Assembly (NCBI GenBank): GCA_036743675.1
Contig: DAINPA010000002.1
Coordinates: 1 to 55,589, forward strand
From: Steroidobacteraceae bacterium
GTDB lineage: Bacteria; Pseudomonadota; Gammaproteobacteria; Steroidobacterales; Steroidobacteraceae
Length of the DNA stretch: 55,589 bases
Direction of reading: 5' to 3'
The translations under genes were made by a program, and so were the position numbers. Below the pieces are notes generated by a model. It was not told the origin of the DNA. It worked only from the letters and a program-made list of their open reading frames with translations, and searched no databases. Below, piece after piece: positions 53,891 to 55,589 of the stretch; within the stretch, counting starts at the first letter, position 1; the number at the start of each line of letters is the position of its first letter.

Positions 53891-55589
53891 ATGCGTCCGT
53901 TCACGGTTTTGATTGTCTGTCTTTGGCGTCGGTGCCGGCCGCCAGCCGCTAAGGAGCATTCGATCATTACAGGAACTTGGGCGAGCCGCGGGCTGCAAGC
54001 CGGTTGTTTCGCGGCATTACTCGCTGCCTGCGCGGTGCAGCACAAGGGGCCGCCGCCATCCACGGACATCGATGAGACCGGTTTCCGGGACGACGTGCGC
54101 GCGTTGGCTTCGGATGAATTCGCGGGCCGCAAACCGGGCACGCCGGGCGAGGATCAAACCGTCGCCTTTCTGATCGCGCAATACCGCAAATTGAAATTGG
54201 AACCCGGCAACGGCGACAGTTACGTGCAGCGGGTCCCGCTGGTGGAAATTCTCGCCGGCGAGGACGCGACACTTGCGGCGCAAGGTCGCGGCGGCACACG
54301 GTCGCTGCGCTACGGCAAGGACATGGTGATCTGGACCAAGCGTGTCGTGCCGGCGGTGCAGCTAACGCAGAGCGAGCTGGTGTTCGTCGGCTACGGCATC
54401 GTGGCGCCGGAGTACGAGTGGAATGACTACGCCCAGATCGACGTTCGCGGCAAGACGGTGCTGGTGCTGATCGGCGATCCGGGCTATGCCGGCAAGGACC
54501 CGGGGCTGTTCAAGGGCAATGCCATGACCCACTACGGGACCGTGGCCTACAAGTTCGAGGAAGCCGCCCGGCAGGGCGCCGCCGGGGTTCTGCTGGTCCA
54601 CGACCCCGGGGTTAGCGGCTACGGCTGGAACGCGGTGGCGAGCGGCTGGACCGGGCCGCAGCTCGACCGAGCGAGAACGGACGCGAATGCCGGTCGTGCG
54701 GCGATCGAGGGCTGGGTCGCCAACGATGCCGGCAGGAACCTGTTCACACAGGCGGGGCTCGAATATGAAGTGCAGGCGCGCTCCGCCGCCCACCGCGGAT
54801 TCAAAGCGATTTCCATGGGCCTCAAGATCGATGCCGAGATCCACAATGCCATCCGCCGCTTCAGCTCCGCGAACGTGATCGGGATGTTGCCGGGGGCGCT
54901 GCATCGCCATGAATATGTCGTCTATGGCGCCCATTGGGATCACCTGGGGCGCGATTCACGCGGCAACATTTACAACGGCGCGGTCGACAACGCCACTGGA
55001 GTGGCCGGACTGCTGATGCTGGCGCAGTCCTTCCACCGCACGCGGCCGCCGCCCGACCGATCGATCGTGTTCATCGCATTCGCCGCGGGGGAATCCGGGC
55101 TCTTGGGCTCCGCTTACTACGTCGAGAATCCGGTATTCCCGCTGCGGCAAACCGCAGGTATGCTCAACCTCGACGGGCTGCACATCGGGGGCCGCACCCG
55201 CGACGTCATGGTGTTCGGCGCGGGAAATTCGGAACTGGAAGATTACGTACGCTCCGCGGCGCTGCTGCAAGGCCGCGAAGTGCGCCCGGAGATCCATCCT
55301 GAACAGGGCCTCTATTTCAGCTCCGATCAGTACAACTTCGCGCGGCACGGCGTACCGTCGCTGTATTTGAGGGCCGGGATCGACGATTCGGCGCGCGGGC
55401 CTGCCTGGGGCCAGGCGCAGCTCGACGACTACATGGCGCATCGCTACCGCCAACCGAGCGATAAATATGCGGAAGATTGGGACGTGCTCGGCGCGGTCGA
55501 CGATCTGACGCTTTACTACGCAGTCGGCGACCGATTGGCACGCACCCGGCGTTTCCCGCGATGGTACCCAACCAGCGAGTTCAGCGAGG
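53891..55589 (+). CDS. M28-family metallopeptidase lipoprotein with PA domain; the 3' end lies outside the window
   Basis: My own translation; it is absent from the ORF track because there is no stop in the window. Lipobox LLAAC (Cys codon 54029-54031). FAGRKPGTPGEDQT, PA-domain insert. M28 metal ligand motifs HWDHLG, GAVDNATGVAGLL, FIAFAAGESGLLGS. The first in-frame ATG is 53891. The true start is uncertain (see findings). Confidence 0.85.
   Translation, partial: MRPFTVLIVCLWRRCRPPAAKEHSIITGTWASRGLQAGCFAALLAACAVQHKGPPPSTDIDETGFRDDVRALASDEFAGRKPGTPGEDQTVAFLIAQYRKLKLEPGNGDSYVQRVPLVEILAGEDATLAAQGRGGTRSLRYGKDMVIWTKRVVPAVQLTQSELVFVGYGIVAPEYEWNDYAQIDVRGKTVLVLIGDPGYAGKDPGLFKGNAMTHYGTVAYKFEEAARQGAAGVLLVHDPGVSGYGWNAVASGWTGPQLDRARTDANAGRAAIEGWVANDAGRNLFTQAGLEYEVQARSAAHRGFKAISMGLKIDAEIHNAIRRFSSANVIGMLPGALHRHEYVVYGAHWDHLGRDSRGNIYNGAVDNATGVAGLLMLAQSFHRTRPPPDRSIVFIAFAAGESGLLGSAYYVENPVFPLRQTAGMLNLDGLHIGGRTRDVMVFGAGNSELEDYVRSAALLQGREVRPEIHPEQGLYFSSDQYNFARHGVPSLYLRAGIDDSARGPAWGQAQLDDYMAHRYRQPSDKYAEDWDVLGAVDDLTLYYAVGDRLARTRRFPRWYPTSEFSE

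Overview
This is a high-GC, almost gap-free chromosomal segment. Gene content and micro-synteny look like a gammaproteobacterial core genome: corB-ypjD|ffh, rpsP-rimM-trmD-rplS, gcvR-bcp|dapA-bamC-like, tRNA-Ser/SRP-RNA/dnaX-ybaB-recR, rsgA|orn and ppsA|ppsR. I can support about 58 protein genes, one tRNA-Ser(GGA), one 4.5S/SRP RNA, one transporter pseudogene remnant, one 60-bp in-frame tandem repeat and a few hairpins or operator-like palindromes.

Main functional blocks, in order:
- A KorC-like flavoprotein plus KorA/KorB 2-oxoacid:ferredoxin oxidoreductase.
- An ECF sigma / membrane protein / beta-helix-RDD membrane protein operon, convergent with an FHA / PP2C / Hanks-kinase module.
- radA.
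- The ffh and ribosomal-protein cluster, followed by sppA.
- speB-like, tdh and kbl.
- A long suf operon: Rrf2 regulator, sufBCDS, sufU, sufT, a Rieske ferredoxin and sixA.
- Class I aldolase.
- mlaFEDCB with mlaA and bepA next to it.
- A PIN-PhoH ATPase, bcp, gcvR, dapA, dnaX-ybaB-recR, rsgA, orn, ppsA/ppsR, prc and an M28 peptidase.

I see no transposase, integrase, phage gene, CRISPR array or recognisable defence system, so this is mostly an ordinary core region. The least explained parts are:
- the ECF/RDD plus FHA/PP2C/kinase signalling pair (5.1-10.9 kb);
- the 221-bp gap after mlaB, which holds a Tyr/Arg-rich reading frame in frame with mlaB;
- the recently duplicated 60-bp repeat in the mlaA tail;
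- a 95-aa mini-BamC;
- an orphan 340-aa coiled-coil protein.

Many long ORFs in the six-frame track are antisense shadows typical of high-GC DNA. Several true genes start downstream of the ORF-track start. I re-derived those starts from homology to the conserved N-termini and from 4-nt start/stop overlaps (ATGA, GTGA, TTGA).
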